Source: Bacteriovoracaceae bacterium
GTDB lineage: Bacteria > Bdellovibrionota > Bacteriovoracia > Bacteriovoracales > Bacteriovoracaceae
Direction of reading: 5' to 3'
NCBI GenBank assembly: GCA_965215445.1
Contig: CBDCDT010000002.1
Span: forward strand, 1,253,260 to 1,317,259
DNA length: 64,000 nt
Positions 41,791 through 51,034 of this stretch are shown here, one piece after another (positions within the stretch are counted from its first letter, which is position 1; the number at the start of each line of letters is the position of its first letter). A model generated the notes under the pieces. The model saw only the letters and a list, made by a program, of their open reading frames with translations, was not told the DNA's origin and made no database searches. A program made the translations under genes and the position numbers.

Positions 41791-42762
41791 GAGAGAGAGT
41801 CCGCCGTAAAGAGAATTGCCGTAGCTTCCTTGAAAATTCCACAACCTGGCGGCAATGAGATTTTTATCTCTCAGGCGGCCAGAGCGAAAAGATGCCCCCA
41901 ATTCCATTTTAAGAGAGGGGTGCAGGGAAAAGATATTCAGTTGAAGTTTGGGACTCAATACTGAAAACTTAACTTTCTTCTTTAGCGCCAAAGACGGGGC
42001 AGAAATGCCCGTCTCTGGGTTAAGGGAATAGTGAAAGGCATTGATTAGCAGTCTGGAGCCAGGCCCGAGTTGCAGACCTAAACTGGCAGAGGCCCTGGAA
42101 AGGTTGCCTATCCGCATTTCGTCTGGTTGAACAGAAGTTCCAGTCAAATGCATTTCGTAACCAAGACCTAGGGCCATTTTGGAAAAGCGCTTGGCGGTGG
42201 AAAGTCCCAAAATGTGGTCTGTCCTGCCGCTGGCGAGATATGATTTTTTGGACTTCCACCTAAAACCGCCGTAGAGGTCGAGGTTGACCTGCCCTTGGAG
42301 CGGGCCTAACTGCAACCAGTGAAACCCCACCAGTAACAGGGGATTTCCCGCCTGCCAACCGCCCCTGGGGGCCAACACCGGCGAAGACGATTGGGCCTGC
42401 CAGTAGCGGCCTTCAAAAAAGAACTGGCCGGCAATCTGGCCTTGGGCCGCAAAGCGCATAAAGCGTACCTCTGGCCCTCGTAAGTCCTGCAAGTCCACGC
42501 CCACCGTCTCAAAGCTCGCGCCCAGATTGAAGTGCTTCTGTGTCCCTGAAGTTTTGGAAACTGTTTTATTGCTGACAATGCGCGGGCGAATTTTGACTTG
42601 GGGAGGTGGCGCTTGGGGTGGTTTTGGTCGGGGAGAAACCACCCTCGCCCCCGAACTTTGCGGGCGAATATTTTCGGGAACGCTGTAATCCACCAAGGCC
42701 TGCGCCTGGCCGGTTAAACCCCATGCCAAACCTAAAACCGCCAATTTCTCGCATACCTTCAT
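41782..42762 (-). CDS. Hypothetical outer-membrane-like protein with a Pro-rich linker
   Basis: The start at ATG 42762 overlaps the sixA stop (ATGA). Signal peptide MKVCEKLAVLGLAWGLTGQAQA, a PRPKPPQAPPPQ linker, then an alternating beta pattern. Confidence 0.55.
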   Translation of the reverse strand: MKVCEKLAVLGLAWGLTGQAQALVDYSVPENIRPQSSGARVVSPRPKPPQAPPPQVKIRPRIVSNKTVSKTSGTQKHFNLGASFETVGVDLQDLRGPEVRFMRFAAQGQIAGQFFFEGRYWQAQSSSPVLAPRGGWQAGNPLLLVGFHWLQLGPLQGQVNLDLYGGFRWKSKKSYLASGRTDHILGLSTAKRFSKMALGLGYEMHLTGTSVQPDEMRIGNLSRASASLGLQLGPGSRLLINAFHYSLNPETGISAPSLALKKKVKFSVLSPKLQLNIFSLHPSLKMELGASFRSGRLRDKNLIAARLWNFQGSYGNSLYGGLSLSL

Positions 42763-43184
42763 GGCCAACTCCTGTTTATCAACGTCCAATTTTGTGCTTT
42801 TTTCTCTAAGATCACTGCCTGAGCGGTGGGGAAATCCATCCATTGGTCAATCAGTGTTTTGGCCATAATCGGCATGTAGGGCATGTGTCCCACCAGCATG
42901 AGGTTTTCACGCCAATCATTTAAACGTTCATGCCAGTGGGAAACCGGACTTTCCGGCCTTAAATCTTCGCTGATTTCCAAAGGGATGTCGGTGAAGGACT
43001 CTTGCAAAAGGCGCGCTGTCTGTTCCGCTCGCAAAAGGTCTGAGTGAAAAATTCTCTCGGGAAGAAAACCTTTTTGGTTTAAATATTCGGCCAAGGCCCG
43101 CACTTCTTCCTCGCCCCGTTCGGAAAGCGAGCGCTTTCCCTCTCGGTGGGGTGCATGGCCGTGCCTGACTAAAATCAGCTTCAT
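42759..43184 (-). CDS. sixA: Phosphohistidine phosphatase SixA
   Basis: MKLILVRHGHA...SERGEEE...LVGHMPY is the histidine-phosphatase RHG motif, and the size matches SixA. Confidence 0.8.
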   Translation of the reverse strand: MKLILVRHGHAPHREGKRSLSERGEEEVRALAEYLNQKGFLPERIFHSDLLRAEQTARLLQESFTDIPLEISEDLRPESPVSHWHERLNDWRENLMLVGHMPYMPIMAKTLIDQWMDFPTAQAVILEKKAQNWTLINRSWP

Positions 43185-43270
43185 GGCCTTATTATAGCGC
43201 TTGGTCAAAGTTGCGTGAAGTGTCAATAACTGATTTGGAAAAATACGCTCCGGCGTGTTAGCTTTCCCAA

Positions 43271-43708
43271 ATGAGCTTGAACCAGAGAAAGGCCCAAATT
43301 GTGAGCGACTTCCAAACGCTTTCGAGCTGGGAAGAGCGTTACCAAAGGATCATTGAAATGGGAAAGAATCTCCCTCCCATGCCCGAAGCTCAAAAAATCG
43401 AGGCCAATAAAGTTAAGGGCTGCCAAAGCCAATTGTGGTTGTCTGCCGAAACCCACGAGGGAAAAGTTTATTTTCACGCCGACAGTGATGCCTCCATTTC
43501 CAAGGGAATTGTGGCCCTGTTGATAGCACTTTATAGCGATGCCACCCCCGGAGATATTTTAGGCCTGGGCCAGGACTTCGTCGATGAAATGGAATTGCGC
43601 CAGCATCTTTCCATGAGTCGCGCCAACGGATTGGCCAGCGTACTCAAACAAATTCAATTTTACGCCCTGGCCTTTCAGGCCAAACAAGGAAATGTGCCGT
43701 GTCCCTAA
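43271..43708 (+). CDS. sufE: SufE-family cysteine desulfuration protein
   Basis: WEERYQRIIEMGK..., VKGCQSQLWL, and DSDASISKGIVALL are the SufE/CsdE signature. Confidence 0.85.
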   Translation: MSLNQRKAQIVSDFQTLSSWEERYQRIIEMGKNLPPMPEAQKIEANKVKGCQSQLWLSAETHEGKVYFHADSDASISKGIVALLIALYSDATPGDILGLGQDFVDEMELRQHLSMSRANGLASVLKQIQFYALAFQAKQGNVPCP

Positions 43709-44691
43709 TCCAGCGCCCGCGCAGAAACCGCAAGTGCGAAAACATCCGCCGCCTGACTCAGGAATCCCGCTTGAGTTGTCACGACCTGGTGGCCCCCCTC
43801 TTTGTTATCGGTGGGGAAGACCAGCGCGAGACTATAACCTCCATGCCGGGCCAATACCGCTTGGGCCTTAAACCCCTTCTCAAGGAAGTGGAAGAACTGC
43901 AAGAACTGGGCATTCCCGGAGTGGCGTTGTTTCCCGTCATCCCGGACGCTCTCAAAACTCCCGATGCGGTTTGTGCTTTCGACCCCGAAGGCCTCTATCC
44001 CCAGGCCATCCGCGCTCTCAAAAAAACTTTCCCAGATATGTTGTTGGTCACCGATGTGGCCCTCGACCCCTATTCCAGCGACGGCCACGACGGACTTCTC
44101 GACCGAGAGAGCGGGGAGATTTTAAACGACGAAACTCTCACTCTTCTCTCTCAAATGGCGGTTTTACAGGCCCGGGCGGGAAGCGATGTCATCGGCGCCA
44201 GCGATATGATGGACGGCCGTGTGGCGGCCATCCGCAAGGCCCTCGACAGCGAAGGTTACATTCAAACTTCGATTATGAGTTATACCGCCAAATATGCCTC
44301 GGCCTTTTATTCTCCCTTCCGGGACGCCCTCGCCAGTGCCCCACGCTCGGGGGACAAAAAAACCTATCAAATGAATCCCGCCAACGTGCGCGAGGCAGTG
44401 CTTGAAACCAAACTTGACCAATCCGAGGGCGCGGATATGGTGATGGTCAAGCCGGCGCTTTGCTACCTCGATGTCATCCGGGCGATCAGGGAAAGCACTA
44501 CGCTGCCTGTCGCTGCCTATAATGTCAGTGGAGAGTACGCCATGGTCAAGGCCGCCGCCGAAAATGGTCTGCTCGACGAAGACTTGGCCATCTCCGAAAT
44601 TCTGACGGGTATGAAGCGCGCCGGTTGCGATGTCATTTTCACCTATTTTGCCAAAAAGGCGGCACACCTCTTAAAGGCAAGGCCCTTCTAA
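43699..44691 (+). CDS. hemB: Porphobilinogen synthase (delta-aminolevulinate dehydratase)
   Basis: RPRRNRK..., ...DVALDPYSSDGHDG, MVKPAL.YLD, and AYNVSGEYAM. GTG start. Confidence 0.95.
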   Translation: MSLIQRPRRNRKCENIRRLTQESRLSCHDLVAPLFVIGGEDQRETITSMPGQYRLGLKPLLKEVEELQELGIPGVALFPVIPDALKTPDAVCAFDPEGLYPQAIRALKKTFPDMLLVTDVALDPYSSDGHDGLLDRESGEILNDETLTLLSQMAVLQARAGSDVIGASDMMDGRVAAIRKALDSEGYIQTSIMSYTAKYASAFYSPFRDALASAPRSGDKKTYQMNPANVREAVLETKLDQSEGADMVMVKPALCYLDVIRAIRESTTLPVAAYNVSGEYAMVKAAAENGLLDEDLAISEILTGMKRAGCDVIFTYFAKKAAHLLKARPF

Positions 44692-44828
44692 GCACCCGCT
44701 CGCTGCTTTTTTTTGGTGGGGGAAACTTTGACCGGAGCAGTGGCCTTTTTGCGGTTTTGGTGTGAAATCAGGAGGCCACAGGCCAGTCCGCCCAGCGCCA
44801 GACCTGTTAAAATTGGTAAATTCCCCAT
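44688..44828 (-). CDS. Possible 46-aa single-TM protein
   Basis: GGGAGAAGAAA followed by ATG. The sequence is MGNLPILTGLALGGLACGLLISHQNRKKATAPVKVSPTKKKQRAGA. Support is only ORF plus SD. Confidence 0.3.
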   Translation of the reverse strand: MGNLPILTGLALGGLACGLLISHQNRKKATAPVKVSPTKKKQRAGA

Positions 44829-44927
44829 TTTCTTCTCCCGTTGAGGATTTATTCTCGTATCGGTCTTTTTGGGCCTGTAATTAAGTTTTTCATTGAAAGA
44901 ATGGGGCATATTTTTTAAACTTGATTC

Positions 44928-45671
44928 ATGCAGTTTGTGGCAGTTTTTTTTGCTTTTTTTCTCTTGAGTCTTCAGGCCACTGAGACTCTCGATAAAAAAG
45001 TTCACCTTTATGCGCATATAAATCCCTATATTTCCCAGTGTTTAAATCGGGTTCCTGAAAGAACCCGTGCCAATATTGACCACTATTGGCACGAGGATTG
45101 CCGATCGTCCGAAAACCACGAGATTACCTATTTGGAAAACAAGAAATACCGACTCGAAATCAAAAACGGCGCCATCGAGTTGTCCACCAGAATTTGCTTT
45201 TCCTATCGAGGAGACGAGAGCAAGCGCCTTATATCCACCAATGCGCTGGAAGGGACTCTTCCGTGCATCCGCAATTTTTTTGCCCGCCACGGAATCAAGC
45301 TCAATTTGAGTTTTGCTTTTGAATCCGATGATCAATCTTCACTTGAATGTGACCATTCCTCCACTTTTCACTATCATTACAACAATCAAAAAAATCAGTT
45401 GGCCAACTCCCAAAATTGGGTCACTTATCACAGTACCAACTCAATCAGAAGCAGGGACTACAACCCCAACAGTAGATGCGCTCTGGCGATTCATGAATTT
45501 GGGCACTTTCTCGGTCTGGCCGACACTTCGCCAAGTTCCAGCTGTGTTAACAGAAAAAGAGTTATGCCCAGCAATGACATTATGAACGCTATTTTTCTGG
45601 AAAGTCCCTACATCAAAAAATTCTATCCCTACGCCATCGAAGAATTGTTGGCACCCTTATGTAGCTTGTGA
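44928..45671 (+). CDS. Secreted zinc metalloprotease (metzincin-like)
   Basis: Signal peptide MQFVAVFFAFFLLSLQA, and the HEFGHFLGLAD zinc-binding motif (HExxHxxGxxD). Confidence 0.7.
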   Translation: MQFVAVFFAFFLLSLQATETLDKKVHLYAHINPYISQCLNRVPERTRANIDHYWHEDCRSSENHEITYLENKKYRLEIKNGAIELSTRICFSYRGDESKRLISTNALEGTLPCIRNFFARHGIKLNLSFAFESDDQSSLECDHSSTFHYHYNNQKNQLANSQNWVTYHSTNSIRSRDYNPNSRCALAIHEFGHFLGLADTSPSSSCVNRKRVMPSNDIMNAIFLESPYIKKFYPYAIEELLAPLCSL

Positions 45672-45913
45672 AATTCTTCCAAAGCGTTTTCCATCATTAA
45701 GATCAGCCGGTTGGTGAGGGCAAAGGGGTCTTCGCCGGCGTCGATGCCGAGTTCTTCCAATTGTTCTCGAACCTCGGAGTTTAGCGGGGCGTAGGGGTCG
45801 ATCTCCTGACAAAGAGAGCGCAAAACTTCGATGCGGCCTTGGAGTTTTCCCAAATGGGCCTGGTGGTGTGGCATTTGTCCCATAAAGTCATGGTCAGGCC
45901 CTAAAGTTGGCAT
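45629..45913 (-). CDS. Hypothetical 94-aa protein (shortened from the ORF-track call)
   Basis: Only the C-terminal 94 codons avoid overlap with the divergent 45935 gene. No SD and no motif. Confidence 0.3.
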   Translation of the reverse strand: MPTLGPDHDFMGQMPHHQAHLGKLQGRIEVLRSLCQEIDPYAPLNSEVREQLEELGIDAGEDPFALTNRLILMMENALEEFHKLHKGANNSSMA

Positions 45914-45934
45914 GTCAATTGCAGGGGAAAGGCC

Positions 45935-46831
45935 ATGAATTTTTCTTCGCATTGGCCTTTTCTTTTGCTCGCCGCCCACTTTTTCATTCTGGGGGGACTC
46001 TATTTTTTCCCCGAGTGCAAAAATTTGGGGAAAATTTGTCTTAGAGACCTCAAAATGAGCAAAAAGGGAGAAAATTTGCTGCGCGAGATGTCGCTTTATT
46101 TTCCCGGAGCGGGAAAAAGGCACGCTCCCGACTGGGGTGCTGCTTCTCTCCAATACAAATTTTACCCCTCGACTGTCAAAGAATTGATGGCCCTCAACCA
46201 AAAGTGGGGCACTCCCCTCAAAGCGCCCTGGAAGCAACTCAAACGCGACCTCTATTCTGATCTTCAGTGGCACAAGCGCGCCCGCGCTATCGTCATTGAG
46301 GCGCTTTTCCAACAGGGCACCATGAGCGGGTTTGTATTGCTTTTTGCCTATTCCCTGGAATCACTCAATCCCGGCGGCCCTTCTTCCCTGCCCGGACTCT
46401 CCGCCTTTTATCTGTTGGGGTTGGTGACCTTGCTTGCGACCGCCCAGTATTGGGAGCACAAAACTCTGGCCGAAGGGCATCTGTTTTGGCGCGGGCTGAT
46501 TCGTCTGGAAGTTTTCATTTGCGCACGTCTTTCCGTGCGCGAAACCCTCGCGAAAAGTGGCCTTGCCGATGCTCTAAGCGGCCGCGATAAAGACTTGGAA
46601 TTTATGCGCCGGATGCTGGGGGAATCCCTCGAATCCTGGCAAAAGTGGGGCCACCCCCTGGGGGAAACACTTTCGGATTTGCGCCAGGAATATGCCTTCG
46701 TCACCGAACAAAAAATGGGGCAATTACTCAAGTACTTAAAGGCCCTGCAAATGGCGGCCGCCTTTATCTTCATCCTGCCATCATTTTTTTACTTAATGGC
46801 CGCTCACATGACCCGGTTTTTTGGGGAGTGA
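45935..46831 (+). CDS. Hypothetical polytopic membrane protein
   Basis: 298 aa with four or more hydrophobic helices. GGGGAAAGG lies upstream of the ATG. Confidence 0.55.
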   Translation: MNFSSHWPFLLLAAHFFILGGLYFFPECKNLGKICLRDLKMSKKGENLLREMSLYFPGAGKRHAPDWGAASLQYKFYPSTVKELMALNQKWGTPLKAPWKQLKRDLYSDLQWHKRARAIVIEALFQQGTMSGFVLLFAYSLESLNPGGPSSLPGLSAFYLLGLVTLLATAQYWEHKTLAEGHLFWRGLIRLEVFICARLSVRETLAKSGLADALSGRDKDLEFMRRMLGESLESWQKWGHPLGETLSDLRQEYAFVTEQKMGQLLKYLKALQMAAAFIFILPSFFYLMAAHMTRFFGE

Positions 46832-46904
46832 CAAAAAAATTTTGACTCGTCAATTTGTACGAGGTATATTTGATGACCAAGGATCACAACAAAGGAGTTT
46901 GATA

Positions 46905-47264
46905 ATGAAAAAGTGGATTGGGTTTTTGGTGTTTTGTACGATGATGGTATCCATGGCCAGCGAAAGAGATCGTATCTATGTTTTTAATATGTCGGAATCG
47001 ACTTCTTTTCGACTCAATCATTGCTCAGGTTGGACAGATAATGTGCTTGTTGAACCTGGAGAATCCGCTTCGTGCCTATCGGGACGTGTTATTGTCACCT
47101 CGCTCTATGGGATAAAAAAAGGATTTTATGATGAAGTTTCCTGCCCGGCCCCTAAAGTATTTTTTATCGTTGTTGACGATAATCATATTACCGGCGAGTG
47201 TGGTACTGAATCGGCAATGAACCTGTATTATCAGCAGGTCATATATCCCGCTCTATATCGCTAG
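46905..47264 (+). CDS. Small secreted protein
   Basis: AAAGGAG lies upstream of ATG 46905. Signal peptide MKKWIGFLVFCTMMVSMASE, four Cys. Confidence 0.5.
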   Translation: MKKWIGFLVFCTMMVSMASERDRIYVFNMSESTSFRLNHCSGWTDNVLVEPGESASCLSGRVIVTSLYGIKKGFYDEVSCPAPKVFFIVVDDNHITGECGTESAMNLYYQQVIYPALYR

Positions 47265-47297
47265 CTATAATTTTGGGTTTAAATTTTTAGAGATAGT

Positions 47298-47339
47298 GGC
47301 CGTTTTCGACCAAATTCGCATCTTATCGTAAAATGGTCG
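47298..47339 (+). repeat. Direct repeat copy 1 (with internal CGACCA..TGGTCG inverted repeat)
   Basis: GGCCGTTTTCGACCAAATTCGCATCTTATCGTAAAATGGTCG. The 32-nt core at 47308-47339 is identical to 47393-47424. Confidence 0.85.
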
Positions 47340-47380
47340 TGCGCACTTAAAGCTGACAGCATCTCCATTTTGGTCAATGT

Positions 47381-47424
47381 GGCCCTCGTTTTGACCAAAT
47401 TCGCATCTTATCGTAAAATGGTCG
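47381..47424 (+). repeat. Direct repeat copy 2, ending 3 nt before the ATPase start codon
   Basis: GGCCCTCGTTTTGACCAAATTCGCATCTTATCGTAAAATGGTCG. The period relative to copy 1 is 85 bp. Confidence 0.85.
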
Positions 47425-47427
47425 CGT

Positions 47428-48636
47428 ATGCACAAAAGGAATCTGACAGTCTCTATTAAGTCTTTGGCCCTGGCGAGGGGAAAAATGGCCTTTATTTCCG
47501 GCCCCCGGCAAGTGGGAAAAACCACTTTGGCGAAGATACTTTTGAAACCTTCAAAAGGCCTTTACGGGAACTGGGACGATTTGGACTTTCGCCGGCGTTG
47601 GGCCAAATCCCCCAAGAGCATTGTGTGGCCACTGCCGGAAAACTCGCGCCTCATCCTCGATGAAATTCACAAAGCGCCCCGCTGGAAACAAAACCTGAAG
47701 GGCCTCTACGATACTCTGGAAAAAAAACTGGGCATCATCGTCACCGGAAGTGCCAGACTCGACCTTTACAAAAAGGGTTCCGACAGCCTTATGGGCCGTT
47801 ACTTGGGGTTTCGGCTACATCCCTTTTCGATTGGGGAAATTATCGGCACAAAACCGCTTTCCCCCGTAAAAGTGGAGCAGCTTTTGAGGGAGGGATTGTC
47901 CCTGTCTTCGTCCAAAGATTATTGGAATGACCTCAAGGCCTACGGCGGTTTTCCCGAACCTCTCTGGGGTGGCTCCCAAAAAATCCTGCGCCTCTGGCAA
48001 AAGGGCCGTATTGATAAAATCGTACGGGAAGACATCCGAGACTTGGGGAGAATACCCGAAATGGGCAAAATGGAAATGTTGATCTCCCTTCTTCCCGAAA
48101 GAGTTGCTTCCCCCCTGTCTCTTAAATCTCTGGGGGAAGATTTGGAGGTCAGTTACGACACCGCCAAGAGGTGGACGGATTATCTCAAAACTCTGTACTA
48201 TTTTTTTGAAGTACGGCCTTGGTCTAAGCGCATTGCCAGGTCTTTAAAAAAAGAAAAGAAAATTTATCTGTGGGATTGGTCGGAAGTTACAGACCCAGGG
48301 GCCAGGTTTGAAAATATGGTTGCCTCTCACCTTCTCAAGGCGTGCCATTTCTGGACGGATACGGGGGAGGGAAAATTTGAACTCTTCTACTTGAAAACCA
48401 AGGATAAGAGAGAAGTCGATTTTTTAGTCATCAAGGACGGAAATCCATGGTTGCCAATTGAGTGCAAATTAAAAGATACGTCCCCAACTTCTCACTTGCA
48501 GGCCTTCACTTCTGCGCTCAAAGTTCCGGTTTGTTTGCAACTTGTGGAGAAAGACAAGGTTTTGAAAAAAAGGCGTGACTCCGAATACGTCACCTACATT
48601 TGTAGTGCTTCTTCTTTTTTGCGCCATCTTCCCTAA
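47428..48636 (+). CDS. AAA_14 / DUF4143-family ATPase
   Basis: Walker A GPRQVGKTTL, Walker B LILDEIHK, and the C-terminal E(V)DFL..........IE(C)K pattern typical of the DUF4143 (restriction-endonuclease-like) tail. Confidence 0.85.
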   Translation: MHKRNLTVSIKSLALARGKMAFISGPRQVGKTTLAKILLKPSKGLYGNWDDLDFRRRWAKSPKSIVWPLPENSRLILDEIHKAPRWKQNLKGLYDTLEKKLGIIVTGSARLDLYKKGSDSLMGRYLGFRLHPFSIGEIIGTKPLSPVKVEQLLREGLSLSSSKDYWNDLKAYGGFPEPLWGGSQKILRLWQKGRIDKIVREDIRDLGRIPEMGKMEMLISLLPERVASPLSLKSLGEDLEVSYDTAKRWTDYLKTLYYFFEVRPWSKRIARSLKKEKKIYLWDWSEVTDPGARFENMVASHLLKACHFWTDTGEGKFELFYLKTKDKREVDFLVIKDGNPWLPIECKLKDTSPTSHLQAFTSALKVPVCLQLVEKDKVLKKRRDSEYVTYICSASSFLRHLP

Positions 48637-48678
48637 ACACAAGGCCGCACGCTCTCGCACGGCCGTTATGTTATCTTC

Positions 48679-49197
48679 TTATCTTTGCGGACGGTAGAAA
48701 AAACATGTAATTCTATTTGGTATCATAACAGACTTGCGTTGCACACCTGTAGTACTCGAGACAAGACCGGTTGCAACGAGAAAGGATTTTTCTTCTCCAT
48801 CATAACAATTTGCCAAAACCATGCCTTGGGAAATAACTCCCTTAATTGCATCACCGGCTACATCAAGGGGGTGGAATGTTGGATCATTGTTTCTCCAGGA
48901 AGAATGCGTTAAAACTTCCATTGAACTCTGGTTACCATTATTATATTTCCCTGAACATGCGTATGCTATATCAACGCTTGTACTGGGGTGAGCGGGTGCT
49001 CCTTGATAAATACTCACTCGACAGAAATTGCTTTCTCTCAGTATTTGTTTTGCCGACCCTCTAAGATTGACAGAGGCAACTTGTCGTCCCTTGAGTATTT
49101 CTGGCCTTGAGGTCTGTGATAATGTTCCCCTCTGCATAGCGCAACCCGCTTGTAGCAATACAGCTGTGGCGATGGTGAATAAAACGAATTTGTGCAT
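48679..49197 (-). CDS. Hypothetical secreted protein/lipoprotein
   Basis: Signal peptide MHKFVLFTIATAVLLQAGC (lipobox-like), 172 aa. No motif. Confidence 0.55.
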   Translation of the reverse strand: MHKFVLFTIATAVLLQAGCAMQRGTLSQTSRPEILKGRQVASVNLRGSAKQILRESNFCRVSIYQGAPAHPSTSVDIAYACSGKYNNGNQSSMEVLTHSSWRNNDPTFHPLDVAGDAIKGVISQGMVLANCYDGEEKSFLVATGLVSSTTGVQRKSVMIPNRITCFFYRPQR

Positions 49198-49354
49198 GGC
49201 TTCCTCCTTTGGAAGTTAAAGCCTTAAAAGCAAGGCCTTGGTTTAAACAGGATAAACCAGGGAGATTGTAAAAAAAAACCGACTGCGTCAAAAACTTGCC
49301 CATGTGCAAGCACACGGGGTAGATTCCCATTTTTAAAATACTCGGGGGGCGGCA

Positions 49355-51031
49355 GTGAATGACAAGCGCATTATCTACTCTATGGACGGCGTGGGGAAGG
49401 TCTACAGACAAAAGCACGTCTTAAAAGACATCAACCTCTCTTATTATTACGGGGCCAAAATCGGGGTCTTGGGCCTTAACGGTTCTGGAAAATCTACACT
49501 CTTAAAAATCATGGCCGGAGTGGACAGCGAACATCTGGGCAAAACCCATATCAGCAAGGGATTTTCGGTGGGGTATCTGGAACAGGAGCCAGAGCTACCC
49601 TTGGATAAAACTGTGCGCGAAGTGGTCGCCGGGGGGATGCAGGAAGTTGTTGATCTGTTGGATCAGTTCAACGCCATTTCAGAGCGCTTTGCCGAACCGA
49701 TGAGTGACGAGGAAATGCAGGGGTTGCTGGACAAACAGGCCAAACTGCAAGACCAACTGGATGCCCTGGACGCCTGGGATTTGGATGCCCACCTGGATTT
49801 GGCGATGGAGGCCCTGAACTGCCCTCCCGCCGGACAAAAGTGCGACACGCTTTCTGGGGGAGAAAAGCGCCGCGTGGCCTTGTGCCGCCTACTATTGAGT
49901 GAACCCGATATTTTACTGCTCGACGAACCCACCAACCACTTGGATGCGGAAACGGTCTACTGGTTGGAGCGCCACCTGCAAAACTATCGGGGCACAGTGA
50001 TTGCCGTCACCCACGACCGCTATTTTTTGGACAATGTCGCCGGCTGGATTTTAGAACTCGACCGCGGCAAGGGTATTCCCTTTCAGGGCAATTATACCGC
50101 CTGGCTTGAAGCTAAGGCGAAGCGCTTGGCCCAGGAGGAAAAACAGGAATCCAAACGGCAAAAATCTCTCAAAGAAGAATTGGAGTGGATTCGCGCTGGG
50201 GCCAAGGCCCGGCAGGCCAAATCCAAAGCGCGTATTCGGGACTATCAAAAACGAGTTGCCGAGTCCAAAGAACGCTATTCTGAAACCAACGAAATCTACA
50301 TCCCCCCAGGCCCAAGGCTCGGCGACGTGGTGGTCGAGGCCCGGGGAGTGAGTAAGAGTTTTGCAGACAAAAAACTCTACAGTGATCTCAATTTTAAACT
50401 TCCCGCAGGGGGCATCGTCGGAATCATCGGCCCCAACGGGGCGGGCAAGACCACCCTCTTTAAAATGATTACCGGCCAGGAAAATCCCGATAACGGCACT
50501 TTTAAGTTGGGAGAAACGGTCAAGCTCGCCTACGTCGATCAAAACCGCACCCTCGATCCCAAAAGCGACATTATCTCAGTGGTTTCGGGGGGACTCGAAC
50601 ACATTGAACTAGGTGGGCGCAGTGTTCACGCCCGTGCCTATATCGGCAAATTCAATTTCACCGGCGACGATCAAAAGAAAAAAGTTTCCGAACTCTCCGG
50701 TGGAGAAAGAAACCGGGTGCATCTGGCCTGTGTTCTCAAGGAGGGGGGCAATCTCTTATTGCTCGACGAACCCACCAACGATTTGGACGTCAATACCTTG
50801 CGCGCTCTGGAGAAGGCCTTGATTGACTTTGCCGGCTGTGCAGTAGTCATTTCCCACGACCGCTATTTTTTGGATCGCATTGCCACTCACATTTTGGCCT
50901 TTGAAGGCGAGCAACAGGTGACTTGGTTTGACGGCAACTTTTCCGAATATGAAGAAGATAAAAGGCGCCGTTTGGGCGATCAGGCGATGGAATCCAAACG
51001 CCTAACCTATAAAAAACTCAAGCGGGATTGA
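49355..51031 (+). CDS. ettA: Energy-dependent translational throttle protein EttA (ABC-F ATPase)
   Basis: Two ABC cassettes (GLNGSGKST / LSGGEKRR; GPNGAGKTT / LSGGERNR) with the inter-domain linker and EttA-length arm. GTG start. Confidence 0.93.
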   Translation: MNDKRIIYSMDGVGKVYRQKHVLKDINLSYYYGAKIGVLGLNGSGKSTLLKIMAGVDSEHLGKTHISKGFSVGYLEQEPELPLDKTVREVVAGGMQEVVDLLDQFNAISERFAEPMSDEEMQGLLDKQAKLQDQLDALDAWDLDAHLDLAMEALNCPPAGQKCDTLSGGEKRRVALCRLLLSEPDILLLDEPTNHLDAETVYWLERHLQNYRGTVIAVTHDRYFLDNVAGWILELDRGKGIPFQGNYTAWLEAKAKRLAQEEKQESKRQKSLKEELEWIRAGAKARQAKSKARIRDYQKRVAESKERYSETNEIYIPPGPRLGDVVVEARGVSKSFADKKLYSDLNFKLPAGGIVGIIGPNGAGKTTLFKMITGQENPDNGTFKLGETVKLAYVDQNRTLDPKSDIISVVSGGLEHIELGGRSVHARAYIGKFNFTGDDQKKKVSELSGGERNRVHLACVLKEGGNLLLLDEPTNDLDVNTLRALEKALIDFAGCAVVISHDRYFLDRIATHILAFEGEQQVTWFDGNFSEYEEDKRRRLGDQAMESKRLTYKKLKRD

Positions 51032-51034
51032 GCG

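Noticed and set aside
45629-46312. Full 227-aa version of the minus-strand ORF
   Set aside because: It overlaps the better-supported divergent membrane-protein gene (45935-46831, with an SD) by ~380 nt. Only the last 94 codons were kept, and those at low confidence.
47298-47424. Whether the 85-bp-spaced direct repeats are a mini CRISPR array
   Set aside because: There are only two copies, the spacer is far longer than usual, there are no cas genes, and the repeat runs into a start codon. No other CRISPR-like periodic repeats were seen in the window.
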